A stretch of DNA of 64,000 nucleotides from a virus: positions 1 to 64,000 of IMG/VR virus record IMGVR_UViG_3300021961_000040. The stretch is one strand, 5' to 3'. Positions within the stretch are counted from its first letter, which is position 1. Each line of letters opens with the position of its first letter. This document shows, piece after piece, positions 28,416-39,189 of the stretch. The notes below the pieces were generated by a model. That model ran no database searches, had not been told where the DNA came from, and saw only the letters and a program-made list of their open reading frames with translations. The translations under genes and the position numbers were made by a program.

Positions 28416-28820
28416 TTGAAAATTATTATTTTTTTAATGAGTGTGGCGCTAGCATCTGAGCCTGACTATGTTCGTGTAACAGAAGGAGATGACGCCCCAA
28501 TTAGTGGAATTCTGCTTACAGAAGAAGCGCTTGCAAAAATTATTGCTCAAAATGAAAGAGAAGTTGAGCAATGCAAAATTGATGCAGAATATGCTTTTGA
28601 AGAATATAAAGCTCAGCAAACTTTGCAATATGATCTTCTTGATGTAAGATACAGATCAGAAATACAAATGTATCAAGATATGATTGCAATAAGAGACGAT
28701 CAAATAAAAAAAGATAAGAAGCGCGATGTGTGGCAACGTTGGTCAACATACGGCGCTTTTATTTTAGGTGTAGGTACAACAGTTGGAATAACGTATGCAG
28801 TTAATCAAAACTTTAACTAA
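28416..28820 (+). CDS. Signal peptide, coiled coil and C-terminal TM (spanin-like)
   Basis: Topology. Confidence 0.4.
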   Translation: MKIIIFLMSVALASEPDYVRVTEGDDAPISGILLTEEALAKIIAQNEREVEQCKIDAEYAFEEYKAQQTLQYDLLDVRYRSEIQMYQDMIAIRDDQIKKDKKRDVWQRWSTYGAFILGVGTTVGITYAVNQNFN

Positions 28821-28867
28821 ATATTCGTTTTTATCATAATACTTACTAAAGAATTTGGAGATTTTAA

Positions 28868-31800
28868 ATGGAAGTTAAAGTTAAAAAAGAAGTTCTTTTT
28901 AATTTGCTAAAAAAAGCACTAAATGAAAATAGAACTTTTGATAATCCTAGCGGTAATTTTATTCACTCTTTTGATAGACAAGAAGCACCAATTCAACCCT
29001 CAGCACACATGGCAACACAACTTTCTGTTGAAGAGCCTCCTGTAGCTGATGAAAATTATGTGCCTGCTTCAATTGGTGAGCTTCGATCTGCTGCATCAAG
29101 AATTGCTGAAGAAGTTCCTCCTGGTCAGATTGAGTATTACTATCGTGCTCTGCACAAGCTTCTTGACTCTGCAATTGATAAAAGTCAAGAAGGTATGCTC
29201 GCCGAATCAGGCAGAGCTTTCTCTATGCGCGGAATGTTTGATGATTCTGATTATGATGGTCGCTATGATGATGCCGACGATAGTGAGTACGACGAGTACT
29301 CACTAGAAGACTTTGAAGAAAGAGATCAATCGATAGAGGATGATCAAAACTTTAAAGACGCAGTTGAAGTCTTAAAAAACATGTCAGGAAGAGATCGCGA
29401 CGAGGCGCTAGCTTTTTATGCACAATCTTTAGAAATGGAATTACCAGGCATGAGTGCTTCTACTATTGAAGTAGCACTTAAAAATGAGCTTGAAGGGAAA
29501 AAGCCTGGTCTTGAAGCCAGACCGATTGCTACCGGTGGCGTCAGGTCGACTCCGACTGCTTTGCCTTCACCTAAACCAAAGCCTACTTTAAACACTTCCG
29601 AAGAAGACAAGATTGAACTAGGCGATCCTGATTTTGAAATGGGAATGGAAATAGGACTTTTAGAAGAAGATATTACACCTGAAGGTGTTTTTGAGCTCAA
29701 TCAAGCTTTTGCTGCAATTGCAAAAGATCCTGGTCGAAAAGAAAAATTCCTTTCAGGATTTAGACTGGGTTCAACAATTGGTAATATCAAATTAGACTCA
29801 GAAGAACAAAAACCTGTTGCGGCGAGCGCGACTGACGATCGAAGAGAAAAATACTGGAAAGGTAATCTCTTGTCAAAAGGACAAGATCCTGTTGCGGCAT
29901 TTGCTCAAGTTACCTTTGACAGTGCCAGAGATGTATCCAGGCTTATTGGTACAGACGTAGGAAAAAATAACTTTTTAGGTGCCGGTTCGTCCGAAAGCAC
30001 GTTCTCAAACGAGCAGCAAGCATGGAGTGGTGTACTTTCTAATAATGTTAACTTTAATGAAGAAGTTCTTTCAAAAGCTGCAAAGAATAGAAAAGAAGAA
30101 AAATGGAAAAAGACAACTGAAGCTTTTATAGAGCGATTTTTAGAAGGCCCCGGTGGCGTTCTTCAACCACACGTCAGCAAATATAAAAGAACATTGCAGG
30201 GCGCTGCACTTTGGTTTAGTAAGAACTTTGCAGATTTTGACGGAGATCCTGAATCGGCAGTTAAAAAAATTGCTGCCTACATTGTTGCCAATACAGTTGG
30301 TAAAATTAGTGCCTCCGGGCACGGAAGCGATATTGAAAGAGACTTAGAAAATATTTCTCCGGGCGAGCTTTTAAATATAACAAATTTTGAAATCAAATCT
30401 GAAAGCCCAAATGCAATACCAGAAACAGCACATAAAAGAACAATTGATACTCTTCGAAAACTAGACGATACACTTGGAATTCCTACGCAAAATAAAATAC
30501 TCATATCAAAAGGAATAGACTTAGATCAAGATATTGAGTACTTTGGAGAATCAATAAGTCTAGAAGAAGCGTTTAGAAGAGAATTTATATTTCAGCTTTT
30601 TAGACAAGCAAAACTAATTGCTCCTCTGTACAGCAATATGGCTTCAGATCCTGCTAGTGCTAGAAGAGAAATTATGAAAATCTTTAACGAAAACGTAAAA
30701 GATTCTACTGATATCGAATATTCAGTTTCGGGTTCTAATAAAGACGCAGTTGTTAAAAAGCAAGACCTGAATTTCTCTGCTGACATGTACATCGATCTTT
30801 TAAAAGAAGCAGGTAAAAAAGAAGATGATACTGAAGAAATGTCAGAAGAAGTAATAGATGACATCATGGGTAAGCTTGAAGATCCATCAATTTCAGAAGA
30901 TCAGAAAAAGCTTATGATGACAGATGCGATCGCAACCAGAATTATGCAAACTATAGACAATTCTCAGGCCTCTTTTAGAGACTATGATTATCGAGTTTTA
31001 TCTAAAAAGCAAAAGATGGCTTTTGATGCTATTAGAAAAGAAGATGTAGATCCGGACACTTTGACTTATTTGACGATATTTAATGATACAATTTCTGAAA
31101 TTGCTCCCCAGGCTGTTCAGTCAATAAAAGAAATTGAGAAAGGACTTACACCGGAAGAAGTTGCTCAAATTTCTAAAATGGTGCCAGCGCTTGATGATCA
31201 AGAAGTAAAATCTATTGCAATGGATGTAATTAAAGCTGCAGCTAGTGATTCAGTAGGTATTGCTGCTATTGAAAGAATGGTATATGGAAAAGATGAAGTA
31301 GTTGAACTAGCAGGAGAAACAGACGCTGTCGAAAGACCTGCAACAAGAGGTGGAGAGATTTTTATGCAAAATATTGCTGAACAAGATCTTGACTTTTTGT
31401 TAGATACCGGTGCTGCTGCGCCAAGCATCGTTAGAAACATTGTAGGTAGTTTAATGGGCAAGACTCTCCGCGGCGGCGGGCTTTCTAAAATACCTGATAT
31501 TGACTTTAATAGAGTTAATCAGTCAATTGCAACTAACGCTGTTAGAAATGCTGTTCAAGTAGAAAAAGAAATGCTTAGGTTATTTAAATCAGAATTTGGA
31601 AGCGTTGATATGAGTGAAGCTCAAAACTCTTCTTTTGAAACTGCAGCTGAGCTAGGAATCAAAGAGACAAAAGCAAATTTCTTAGAAAAGAATATGAAAG
31701 ACTTACAAATAAAGACGATTTATCCTTTTGTCGCCCGGGTTAAAACAATGCCTGATTTTGAAAAAATGAATCCTGCAGCTAAAAACTTTGTATGCTGGTG

Positions 31801-32131
31801 TACAGCTATTGCTGATGCTAATCATGATGGTGCAGCAACAATGGAAGAAAAAAAGAAAACTGCAAAGAAAATATTTGACAAACTTTTATCAATAGGCGAC
31901 CGCATGCTAGGAAAAGCTAGCGAGGATACTAAAAAGTTTACAGAAGAGATTGACGACAACTTAGCAGAAATAATGAGCAAAGTTAAGACTGATTTAGAGG
32001 CCATGGAAGAATTTACCAGCAAAGCTGTAAGATCATTATCTAAAAATAAAGATCAAATGAGAAATGCAATAATTCAAGCAGTTGGAATGCACATACAAGA
32101 TATTAATATGTTACCGGTAAAAGAAGAATGA
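28868..32131 (+). CDS. Large acidic protein (1087 aa), probably virion/head-associated
   Basis: N-terminal leader ending ALNE; ATACTTA motif upstream. Confidence 0.6.
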   Translation: MEVKVKKEVLFNLLKKALNENRTFDNPSGNFIHSFDRQEAPIQPSAHMATQLSVEEPPVADENYVPASIGELRSAASRIAEEVPPGQIEYYYRALHKLLDSAIDKSQEGMLAESGRAFSMRGMFDDSDYDGRYDDADDSEYDEYSLEDFEERDQSIEDDQNFKDAVEVLKNMSGRDRDEALAFYAQSLEMELPGMSASTIEVALKNELEGKKPGLEARPIATGGVRSTPTALPSPKPKPTLNTSEEDKIELGDPDFEMGMEIGLLEEDITPEGVFELNQAFAAIAKDPGRKEKFLSGFRLGSTIGNIKLDSEEQKPVAASATDDRREKYWKGNLLSKGQDPVAAFAQVTFDSARDVSRLIGTDVGKNNFLGAGSSESTFSNEQQAWSGVLSNNVNFNEEVLSKAAKNRKEEKWKKTTEAFIERFLEGPGGVLQPHVSKYKRTLQGAALWFSKNFADFDGDPESAVKKIAAYIVANTVGKISASGHGSDIERDLENISPGELLNITNFEIKSESPNAIPETAHKRTIDTLRKLDDTLGIPTQNKILISKGIDLDQDIEYFGESISLEEAFRREFIFQLFRQAKLIAPLYSNMASDPASARREIMKIFNENVKDSTDIEYSVSGSNKDAVVKKQDLNFSADMYIDLLKEAGKKEDDTEEMSEEVIDDIMGKLEDPSISEDQKKLMMTDAIATRIMQTIDNSQASFRDYDYRVLSKKQKMAFDAIRKEDVDPDTLTYLTIFNDTISEIAPQAVQSIKEIEKGLTPEEVAQISKMVPALDDQEVKSIAMDVIKAAASDSVGIAAIERMVYGKDEVVELAGETDAVERPATRGGEIFMQNIAEQDLDFLLDTGAAAPSIVRNIVGSLMGKTLRGGGLSKIPDIDFNRVNQSIATNAVRNAVQVEKEMLRLFKSEFGSVDMSEAQNSSFETAAELGIKETKANFLEKNMKDLQIKTIYPFVARVKTMPDFEKMNPAAKNFVCWCTAIADANHDGAATMEEKKKTAKKIFDKLLSIGDRMLGKASEDTKKFTEEIDDNLAEIMSKVKTDLEAMEEFTSKAVRSLSKNKDQMRNAIIQAVGMHIQDINMLPVKEE

Positions 32132-32541
32132 AAAGTCTTTACGATATCATAAATAGCAAAAGTAAACTTGTCAAAGAAAATTTTGATTTTTCTTCAGATA
32201 TGAATCGACTTTTTTCTGCCGATTTTCAAGGAATTAGAGACATTCCTGAACTACCCATTGAAGCTTTGACAACAGAATGGGAAGAAGTATCAGACTTTTA
32301 CAAGACATCACTTGTTAGAACATTTACTTTTAATCGAGACAAGCATCTTCGCTTTTTTGTTAACGAAATTTTAAAAACATCAGAAGAAATGATGCACCAT
32401 CCAAGACTAAGCATTGAAAAAATGAAAGTACAGGTTGAACTTTATACATATGACATCAACGAAGTCTCTGAGCAAGACTTAAAGATGGCAAAATTTATTG
32501 ACGAAATCTTTGATGACATAAAGTTTATTCAGGAGTTTTAG
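32128..32541 (+). CDS. Pterin-4-alpha-carbinolamine dehydratase-like protein
   Basis: W...LVRTFTF...HHP...YT...VSEQDLKMAKFID. Confidence 0.75.
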   Translation: MKSLYDIINSKSKLVKENFDFSSDMNRLFSADFQGIRDIPELPIEALTTEWEEVSDFYKTSLVRTFTFNRDKHLRFFVNEILKTSEEMMHHPRLSIEKMKVQVELYTYDINEVSEQDLKMAKFIDEIFDDIKFIQEF

Positions 32542-32909
32542 TGTCGTTTTTTGTAAGTGATGCGCTTAAAGAAAGAGTAACTGAGAAAACTCTTTTAAAA
32601 GATGACAGTGCTTATATCGAAGTTGAAGATGAAAATACAAATTTAGTTGTAGCAATTCAAACTCTAGACAAATCTTTTCATCAATTTGAATTTATAAGTT
32701 TAAAAAAACAAAAATCAAATACAATCTTAAGTATAGAAATACCTTTGACTTATAAATACGTGCATCAAATTATTGGATCAGAAGTCAGAATTAACTTAAA
32801 AAATAATTTAAATAGTATTTTCAATGTGCACATAACTATTGACAACTTCGAGTTGATCAAACAAAACGAAAGAAGTTGCTATTTGTTAAAGATAGTTATT
32901 GATGAATAG
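32541..32909 (+). CDS. Hypothetical protein
   Basis: AGGAG RBS. Confidence 0.55.
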   Translation: MSFFVSDALKERVTEKTLLKDDSAYIEVEDENTNLVVAIQTLDKSFHQFEFISLKKQKSNTILSIEIPLTYKYVHQIIGSEVRINLKNNLNSIFNVHITIDNFELIKQNERSCYLLKIVIDE

Positions 32910-32926
32910 ATTGTTGAGGAATTAAA

Positions 32927-33607
32927 ATGATTAAAGCAAAAAACGAACAAGACCTTTTAAACATTCTTCGTGTAATTTCTAGCGAAGCTGTAGGTCTTTC
33001 TAGAAAAATAAACGAAAATGCTGATCCAACAGCTAAAAAATTTAAACTACAGTATAAAAAAGATGAAAGTATGTACGGTAGTTTATCTGAACAAGAAGAT
33101 GAAGAGTCTGCAGAAGAACCAGCAGAACAACCCGGAGAAGCGCCAGAAGAACCAGAATCTTCGTCAGATTCTGGAGCTGTAGGTGCTTCTTTTGATTCTG
33201 TCGTCCAGGCTGTAAATAATTTACGTGCAGGTAAGTCTTTGAGAGATTCTTCTATCAAGCAGCAAGCACAAGTATACTATGACAAATTATCTGAAGATGA
33301 GAGAACTACGCTTCTTGTATTTTTAGATGCTCTTTCTAATATTATTGCAGGGCAGGTTGACGGTAAAGACGCACAAGATCCGAGCGACCCTCCTTCGTCT
33401 ATTAAAATAACATCAGGAGAAGAAAGTGTAGAAACTTCTCAGGATTCTCAGCCTAGCGAAGAAGATGAAGAGACCAAGGAAGACACTACTGAAGATTCTC
33501 CTGAAGAAACATCCGAAGAAGATACTACGCCTCCGATTAAGGTCAATGAATCACAAGACATTTTGAACTTAAGAAGAAAAGTTAGAAGAGTAATGTTGCG
33601 AGGTTAA
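32927..33607 (+). CDS. Acidic hypothetical protein, possibly head-associated
   Basis: INE/LSE/VNE motifs; ATAGTTA upstream. Confidence 0.6.
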   Translation: MIKAKNEQDLLNILRVISSEAVGLSRKINENADPTAKKFKLQYKKDESMYGSLSEQEDEESAEEPAEQPGEAPEEPESSSDSGAVGASFDSVVQAVNNLRAGKSLRDSSIKQQAQVYYDKLSEDERTTLLVFLDALSNIIAGQVDGKDAQDPSDPPSSIKITSGEESVETSQDSQPSEEDEETKEDTTEDSPEETSEEDTTPPIKVNESQDILNLRRKVRRVMLRG

Positions 33608-33608
33608 A

Positions 33609-34499
33609 ATGTCTGTTGTCATTTCAGAAAAAACAATTAGAAAAATTATTCAAAAAAAAATTTTAAAAGAAGGACTTTTTAAAGACACAAGATCGTATTC
33701 AGAGGGAAGTACAGAACTCTTTAAGTGTGATTTATCAAATCTTAAAAACACTAAGGCGATGAGAACACTTGTTAAATATATTTTAGTCAAGCCAGAGTTC
33801 ACAGAAGTAAAAGATGGAAAAAGTACAACTTTTACAAGATCAATGCTTTTTAGTATGAGAGACAATCCTCTCACTTCTGAAGAAGAAGCAAAATATGACG
33901 ACCTTGTCGATAGATGGATACAAACATCTGGTAGTAAAACTGTAGAAGCATTAATTGACAGTCTAGAGTTTTTAATTACACATACTTTTGGTTATAATGC
34001 CGAGTTACTCTGTAAATTAGTCAATGAAATTCTTCTTCCCGGATCTTCAACAAGTACTGTAGCAAATCAAGATGAAGATAAAAATAAAGAAAAGATTAAA
34101 AAAGCATTTAAGCTTTCAGGTAACAATCTTGTGTTATTAAAGGATTTAAGTATGTTGCTTACGCCCGATCTTAAATCATATCACATGGTAATGTTCCCTA
34201 GAACTTTTATAACCATATCAGAAAATAAAGATCCTGTCGCTGATTTTTCTTTGGAGTACAGGCGAATTTTACAAATTTTAGAAGAAAGTAATTTTACACC
34301 TGAAAGATTTATAGAGAGATTAAAAAGAGGAGTTTACTTAAACATACCAGGAAAAAGTGAAATAATTCAGCCTTTCCAAGATCTTTTAAGAAAAATAGAA
34401 AATACAGAGTCTAATGGTGCACTAATTAAATTATTTATTAAAGAATCTGCTGAAGAAGGACTAGTTTTTCTACGAAACACGCATAATTTGTCTTACTAA
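33609..34499 (+). CDS. Hypothetical protein with shared leader motif
   Basis: ISEKTIRKIIQKKILKE. Confidence 0.6.
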   Translation: MSVVISEKTIRKIIQKKILKEGLFKDTRSYSEGSTELFKCDLSNLKNTKAMRTLVKYILVKPEFTEVKDGKSTTFTRSMLFSMRDNPLTSEEEAKYDDLVDRWIQTSGSKTVEALIDSLEFLITHTFGYNAELLCKLVNEILLPGSSTSTVANQDEDKNKEKIKKAFKLSGNNLVLLKDLSMLLTPDLKSYHMVMFPRTFITISENKDPVADFSLEYRRILQILEESNFTPERFIERLKRGVYLNIPGKSEIIQPFQDLLRKIENTESNGALIKLFIKESAEEGLVFLRNTHNLSY

Positions 34500-34553
34500 A
34501 ATATTTTAATTATTTTCAAAATATATTAATATCTTTTCTAAGAGGAGAAAATA

Positions 34554-34913
34554 ATGAATTCTAATTGGTATCCAGAAATTATGTATGAAGAAAGCGAAGA
34601 TGGAGTGAGTTCCAAAATTCCTTTTGTTCTTGTTCCCGAAGATCAAAAAATGCCTGAAGTTATTTTTATATTTGAAAGTAGAGAATCAGGGGAATACGAG
34701 CCTGGTTTAGATGGAAACCCGGTCCCTATCTTAGAAATGGACTTGCATCAATATGCTGACATGAAAATTCTAAAAGAAGGGTTGACAGCAGACCTATACG
34801 ATCAAGTTAGAGTATGTCTGGGACTTAAACCTTTAAATGAAGCAGTAGATGCAGGCAGAAAGATTTCTAGTAACATTAAAAAAAATATTGAAGAAAAAAC
34901 GTCCACGAGATGA
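34554..34913 (+). CDS. Hypothetical protein
   Basis: GAGGAG RBS. Confidence 0.6.
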   Translation: MNSNWYPEIMYEESEDGVSSKIPFVLVPEDQKMPEVIFIFESRESGEYEPGLDGNPVPILEMDLHQYADMKILKEGLTADLYDQVRVCLGLKPLNEAVDAGRKISSNIKKNIEEKTSTR

Positions 34914-34946
34914 TAATTAAATTATAGCTCTTTGTGGAGAAGTATT

Positions 34947-35444
34947 ATGAAAATTAACTTAGATAGATTATGCAAGTTAGCAGGTGTTGAAACATCTGGA
35001 GAAAACCTTTTAAGCGAAGCTTCTAATAGAAGCATGCATGAAGATCCAACACTTTCAGGAGAGGGTGATCATCGCTTTGGTGCTGGACAGCTTTCTGAAG
35101 GCGGAGACATGGATGCCATGCACGAAGAAGACGAAGAAGACGAAGAAGACGAAGAAGACGCGGAAGACATGAACGAGATGATCGAAATTGATGAAGTCAT
35201 GCTTGTTCAAGAGATTCGCAGAGCCAAGAAGATGATGGCTGAGGCACGTGAGCGCAAATCCCAACAGCAAGAAAACTTGCAAGAAACTCAGTTAAGAAAA
35301 ATGATTTCAGAAGAAATTGCTGATGTTTTTAAAGATTTAAATCTTACGAGCGGCTGGGTTTATGGAAGCAAGAAGCCACAGAATAGACATCGTGGCGCAG
35401 TGAATACAGCTTTTCCAGGCGTAGGTTTCAAAAAGTCTAAATGA
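34947..35444 (+). CDS. Acidic scaffold-like protein
   Basis: LDRLCKLAG, LLSE, MHE, LQETQLRKMISEEI; GAAGAAGAC repeats. Confidence 0.5.
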   Translation: MKINLDRLCKLAGVETSGENLLSEASNRSMHEDPTLSGEGDHRFGAGQLSEGGDMDAMHEEDEEDEEDEEDAEDMNEMIEIDEVMLVQEIRRAKKMMAEARERKSQQQENLQETQLRKMISEEIADVFKDLNLTSGWVYGSKKPQNRHRGAVNTAFPGVGFKKSK

Positions 35445-35623
35445 AGTTACACGAATCCACTATAAAAGAGCTTGTAAGAATCTTTCAGATTCACGGAGGT
35501 CATCGTGAAGAATGGAGACTTTCACATGAATTGGCAAAGTTAGACTTGACAATGTATGCTCAGAAAAATTCAGGAAAAGAAGTACTTGTTTTGACTAGTT
35601 TGCTTCAGAAAGCTTTAAAATAA
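35441..35623 (+). CDS. Hypothetical protein
   Basis: Start overlaps the upstream stop. Confidence 0.45.
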   Translation: MKLHESTIKELVRIFQIHGGHREEWRLSHELAKLDLTMYAQKNSGKEVLVLTSLLQKALK

Positions 35624-35675
35624 AAAATTAAAAATTTGATCTATTTTATGTTATAATCTCTAACAAGAGGTTAAA

Positions 35676-36137
35676 ATGGAATATAAAGTAGGTCAAATTT
35701 TTTATTTGGTAGGCGCAGAAACTGCTAAAGTAATTCCTTTTAGAGTTGTAGAAGAAGTTACTAGAACTACACTTGAAGGACAAGAAAAGTCATACGTTGT
35801 TGAGCTTCCTGACGCTAAAAGAACAAAAGTTGATGTTTCTAGATTAAAAGGTGACGTCTTTAAAGATCTAGATCAATTAAGAAAGCATATGCTTGATAAC
35901 GCTAGAAATGCTATTGATGGAATGATTGACGAAGCAGAACTTTTAGCAAACTCTGTGTATTATGTAAAAGAAAATATTATTAAAAAGCAGACTCTTGATC
36001 ATGATGATTCTGAAGAAAAAAATAATAAAGAAAGTGTGCAAAACATTAAAGAAGATGATAAAATAAATGTAGATATGGGTAATGGTCTTATTGCCAAGAT
36101 GAGCCTAAAAGACTTGGATAAGGTGACACAAATATGA
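35676..36137 (+). CDS. Hypothetical protein
   Basis: GAGG RBS, TATAAT upstream. Confidence 0.6.
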   Translation: MEYKVGQIFYLVGAETAKVIPFRVVEEVTRTTLEGQEKSYVVELPDAKRTKVDVSRLKGDVFKDLDQLRKHMLDNARNAIDGMIDEAELLANSVYYVKENIIKKQTLDHDDSEEKNNKESVQNIKEDDKINVDMGNGLIAKMSLKDLDKVTQI

Positions 36138-36934
36138 AAGTTCTTCTTTTAGATGGGTATAATTTAATTTATCGTTCAAAATCAGGTTTCACAAAAGGAG
36201 AATACCCGGTTGTGTATAATTTCTTTAGAGGAATTCGTCCTTTAATAGAAAAATTTGATCCGGATAAAGTCTACTTCGTCTTAGAAGGAAACCCAAAATT
36301 TAGAAAGCAATTATCTTCAGGCGATTATAAAAGTAATCGACCAAAGCAAGGAAGATCTTTCCATGAGCAAAAAGCAACAATTATTAATCTAATTAAAAAT
36401 TGCTTTCCTTTTGAAACAGTGAAACATCCAGACTTAGAATGCGACGATACAATTGCCACTTATGCTTCTCTGCATGCTAGGAAAGGACATGATGTAACTA
36501 TTGTATCTTCTGACTCTGATTTTATTCAGCTTCTTAATGTTTTTGAAGATAATTTTAGAATTTACCATCCGGTAAGAAAATCTTTTATAGAAAAGCCTGA
36601 CTATGATTATGTAACTTGGAAAGCCCTTCGAGGTGATAAAACAGATAATATTTTTGGAATTCCAGGTCTTGGAGACAAGACAGCAGATAAGATTTGTAGA
36701 AATTCAAGCCTCCTTGCCGAAACTTTAGAAAATCCAGAAAAGAGAGAAATTTTTACAAGAAATGTAAACTTAATCAGGCTTGTAGACTTTTCTAATGATC
36801 TAAGCCAAGGTGAGTCTCATATTGGATCTTCTGACTTTGAAACACTTAAAAGTGTCTTTGAAGAAATGGAATTTACCTCAATGACAAAAGAAAAAACTTG
36901 GCAAAAATATTGTAACACATTTCAAAAATTATAG
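36134..36934 (+). CDS. 5'-3' exonuclease / flap endonuclease (PolA N-terminal-like)
   Basis: LLDGYNL, YKSNR, ECDD, SSDSDF, GDKTDNIFGIPGLG. Confidence 0.9.
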   Translation: MKVLLLDGYNLIYRSKSGFTKGEYPVVYNFFRGIRPLIEKFDPDKVYFVLEGNPKFRKQLSSGDYKSNRPKQGRSFHEQKATIINLIKNCFPFETVKHPDLECDDTIATYASLHARKGHDVTIVSSDSDFIQLLNVFEDNFRIYHPVRKSFIEKPDYDYVTWKALRGDKTDNIFGIPGLGDKTADKICRNSSLLAETLENPEKREIFTRNVNLIRLVDFSNDLSQGESHIGSSDFETLKSVFEEMEFTSMTKEKTWQKYCNTFQKL

Positions 36935-36942
36935 GAGTAAAA

Positions 36943-37128
36943 ATGTACGTAGATAATAGACTTCAAGAAATGCTTAGAGCACAAGGTATTATTGCTGAAA
37001 ACGAAGTTGTTTCTAAAGAAGGAGATCTGTACGTTGCTGTTAACGTTATCAATAATAGTCGTAGAATAGTCAACATAGATAAAACTCTCCTAGAAGGAAG
37101 AGATCAAAAACAACTTTTAAAAGGCTGA
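36943..37128 (+). CDS. Hypothetical protein
   Basis: AGGAG RBS. Confidence 0.55.
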   Translation: MYVDNRLQEMLRAQGIIAENEVVSKEGDLYVAVNVINNSRRIVNIDKTLLEGRDQKQLLKG

Positions 37129-37135
37129 CTTTTTA

Positions 37136-38728
37136 ATGCAAGATAAAGAGATAAAAAGAAGAATTATAAGTGGAGAAGAGTTAACTTCTGGGTTGCGCCG
37201 AGGTGTTGATAAACTAGCTAACACTGTTAAAACTACAATGGGGCCAAAAGGCAAGTTAGTTTTAATTCAAAGAGAGGGTCTTCATCCAATTGTAACAAAA
37301 GACGGTGTGACAGTTGCCAATGCTGTTAATTTAACAGATTCTGTTGAAAACTTAGGCGCAAGAGTAATTAAAGAATCAGCGGCAAGAACTGCTGACACAG
37401 CAGGTGATGGTACAACCACAGCAACTGTACTTGCACAAATAATTTTTAACAAAGGTTTGCAAATGCGATCTGCTGGATTTGAAACCGAAGGTATCAAAGC
37501 TGGAATTGAAAAAGGTGTGCAGATTGCCCTTCAAGAACTTCATTCACAAAAACGTGAAGTAGAAGATGATGAAGATCTAAGAAAAGTTGCTTTAATTTCT
37601 GCAAATGGTGAAGAAGAAGTTGCAAACTTAATTGTAAGTGCAATTAAAGCATCAGGAGTTGATGGAGAAGTTATTGTCGAAGAAGCAAAAGGTTTTAAAT
37701 CTTCTTTGACTGTTGTCGACGGATACCAGCTTGAAAGAGGATATCTTTCTCCTTATTTCATTACAGACAAAGACAAGTCTATATGTGATTTCAAAGACCC
37801 GCTTATATTGATGGTTGATAAGAGCTTTTCAACCATACATGGTCTTATGAAACCCTTAGAAAAAGCACTAGATATGAACAAGCCTATTGTAATTATTGCA
37901 AATGAAATAGACGACGAGGCGTTACAAGGTTTGGTGCTTAATAAGGTAAAAGGTTCTCTTAGAGTTGCTGCAATTAAATCACCCGGATTTGGGGCAACAA
38001 GACATGAACTTTTAAACGATTTGCAGGCAATTGTAGGCGGAAAAGTTATTGATGCATCTTTTGATATGGAAGACTTTGATGAAACAATGTTTGGCACCTC
38101 CAAGCGTGCAATAATCCAAAGAGCTTCTACTCTTTTTATGACTGAAGACAAAAAAAATAATAGAATGCTTGAAAGAATATCAGCAATAAAAGATTCACTT
38201 GAAGATCCTAGTTTGACATCAGACGAAAGAGAACTTTATACATACAGGCTTAGGCAGCTAAGTGGATCAATATCTATATTAAGAGTAGGAGCTGCAACCG
38301 AAGCTGAACTTATTGAAAGATACGACAGAGTAGATGATGCTTTGCATGCAACAAAAGCTGCATTAGCTGAAGGTATCCTTCCAGGCGGTGGCGTTGCACT
38401 AGTAAGAGCTTATACATGTATACGCAAAGAAGAAAACAAAACGGAAGATCCTTCAATAAAATCAGGACTTTTTATTGTTTCGCAGGCTTGTCAAGAGCCT
38501 TTTAGACAGATTGTTATCAATGGCGGTAAAAATCCTGACAGCTATCTAAAGAAAATACTTGAACACGAAAATAATATTGGTTTTGATTTTAGAAATGACA
38601 ATTTTGGTGACATGTTTGACTTAGGAATTGTAGATCCATTCAAAGTAACAAGATGTGCTCTAGAAAATGCTTCTTCAGCTGCAATTGCACTATTGTCAGT
38701 TGGATCAGCTATGGTAGATGAAGAATAA
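37136..38728 (+). CDS. groEL: Chaperonin GroEL-like
   Basis: TMGPKG, TKDGVTVA, AGDGTTTATVLA, GILPGGG, GIVDP. Confidence 0.93.
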   Translation: MQDKEIKRRIISGEELTSGLRRGVDKLANTVKTTMGPKGKLVLIQREGLHPIVTKDGVTVANAVNLTDSVENLGARVIKESAARTADTAGDGTTTATVLAQIIFNKGLQMRSAGFETEGIKAGIEKGVQIALQELHSQKREVEDDEDLRKVALISANGEEEVANLIVSAIKASGVDGEVIVEEAKGFKSSLTVVDGYQLERGYLSPYFITDKDKSICDFKDPLILMVDKSFSTIHGLMKPLEKALDMNKPIVIIANEIDDEALQGLVLNKVKGSLRVAAIKSPGFGATRHELLNDLQAIVGGKVIDASFDMEDFDETMFGTSKRAIIQRASTLFMTEDKKNNRMLERISAIKDSLEDPSLTSDERELYTYRLRQLSGSISILRVGAATEAELIERYDRVDDALHATKAALAEGILPGGGVALVRAYTCIRKEENKTEDPSIKSGLFIVSQACQEPFRQIVINGGKNPDSYLKKILEHENNIGFDFRNDNFGDMFDLGIVDPFKVTRCALENASSAAIALLSVGSAMVDEE

Positions 38729-38782
38729 AATTAAATCTGACATTTTATATCGATTCGAATATTTATTTGCAGGAGGATTATA

Positions 38783-39145
38783 ATGTCAGATTTAAAAGAT
38801 ATTAAAATTATGCTTGAGTCATTATATAAGCTTGAAAAAAAAGTTACATCTGTTTCTTTGACTCTTAGACTAGAGTCTGATACACATGTCCCTGACTTAA
38901 TGACAAGAATAAGAATTCTTCCTTCTGTGGCAGTTGTTGCTCAAAATGATAAAGTTGCAAGATTTATGGACGGCGATGCACAACTTTCAATTGCTATAAA
39001 ATATCTTCCTAGATCAACAGAAATTTATTCATCAGTAAAGAAACTATCTATGATGATTAAAAGACTACCTGGTGTAAAGTCAATTACAGTTGATTCTTAT
39101 GATAAAAAACGATTAACGCTAAGGGGTAATAAAATTATTTTTTAG
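38783..39145 (+). CDS. Hypothetical protein
   Basis: AGGAGG RBS, ATATTTA upstream. Confidence 0.6.
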   Translation: MSDLKDIKIMLESLYKLEKKVTSVSLTLRLESDTHVPDLMTRIRILPSVAVVAQNDKVARFMDGDAQLSIAIKYLPRSTEIYSSVKKLSMMIKRLPGVKSITVDSYDKKRLTLRGNKIIF

Positions 39146-39146
39146 T

Positions 39147-39175
39147 GTGTAAATTATTCATTAATTGATTATAAT
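39147..39175 (+). promoter_or_regulatory. Sigma70-like promoter (GTGTAA-N17-TATAAT)
   Basis: Exact motif. Confidence 0.7.
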
Positions 39176-39189
39176 AAACTTATAGGAGG

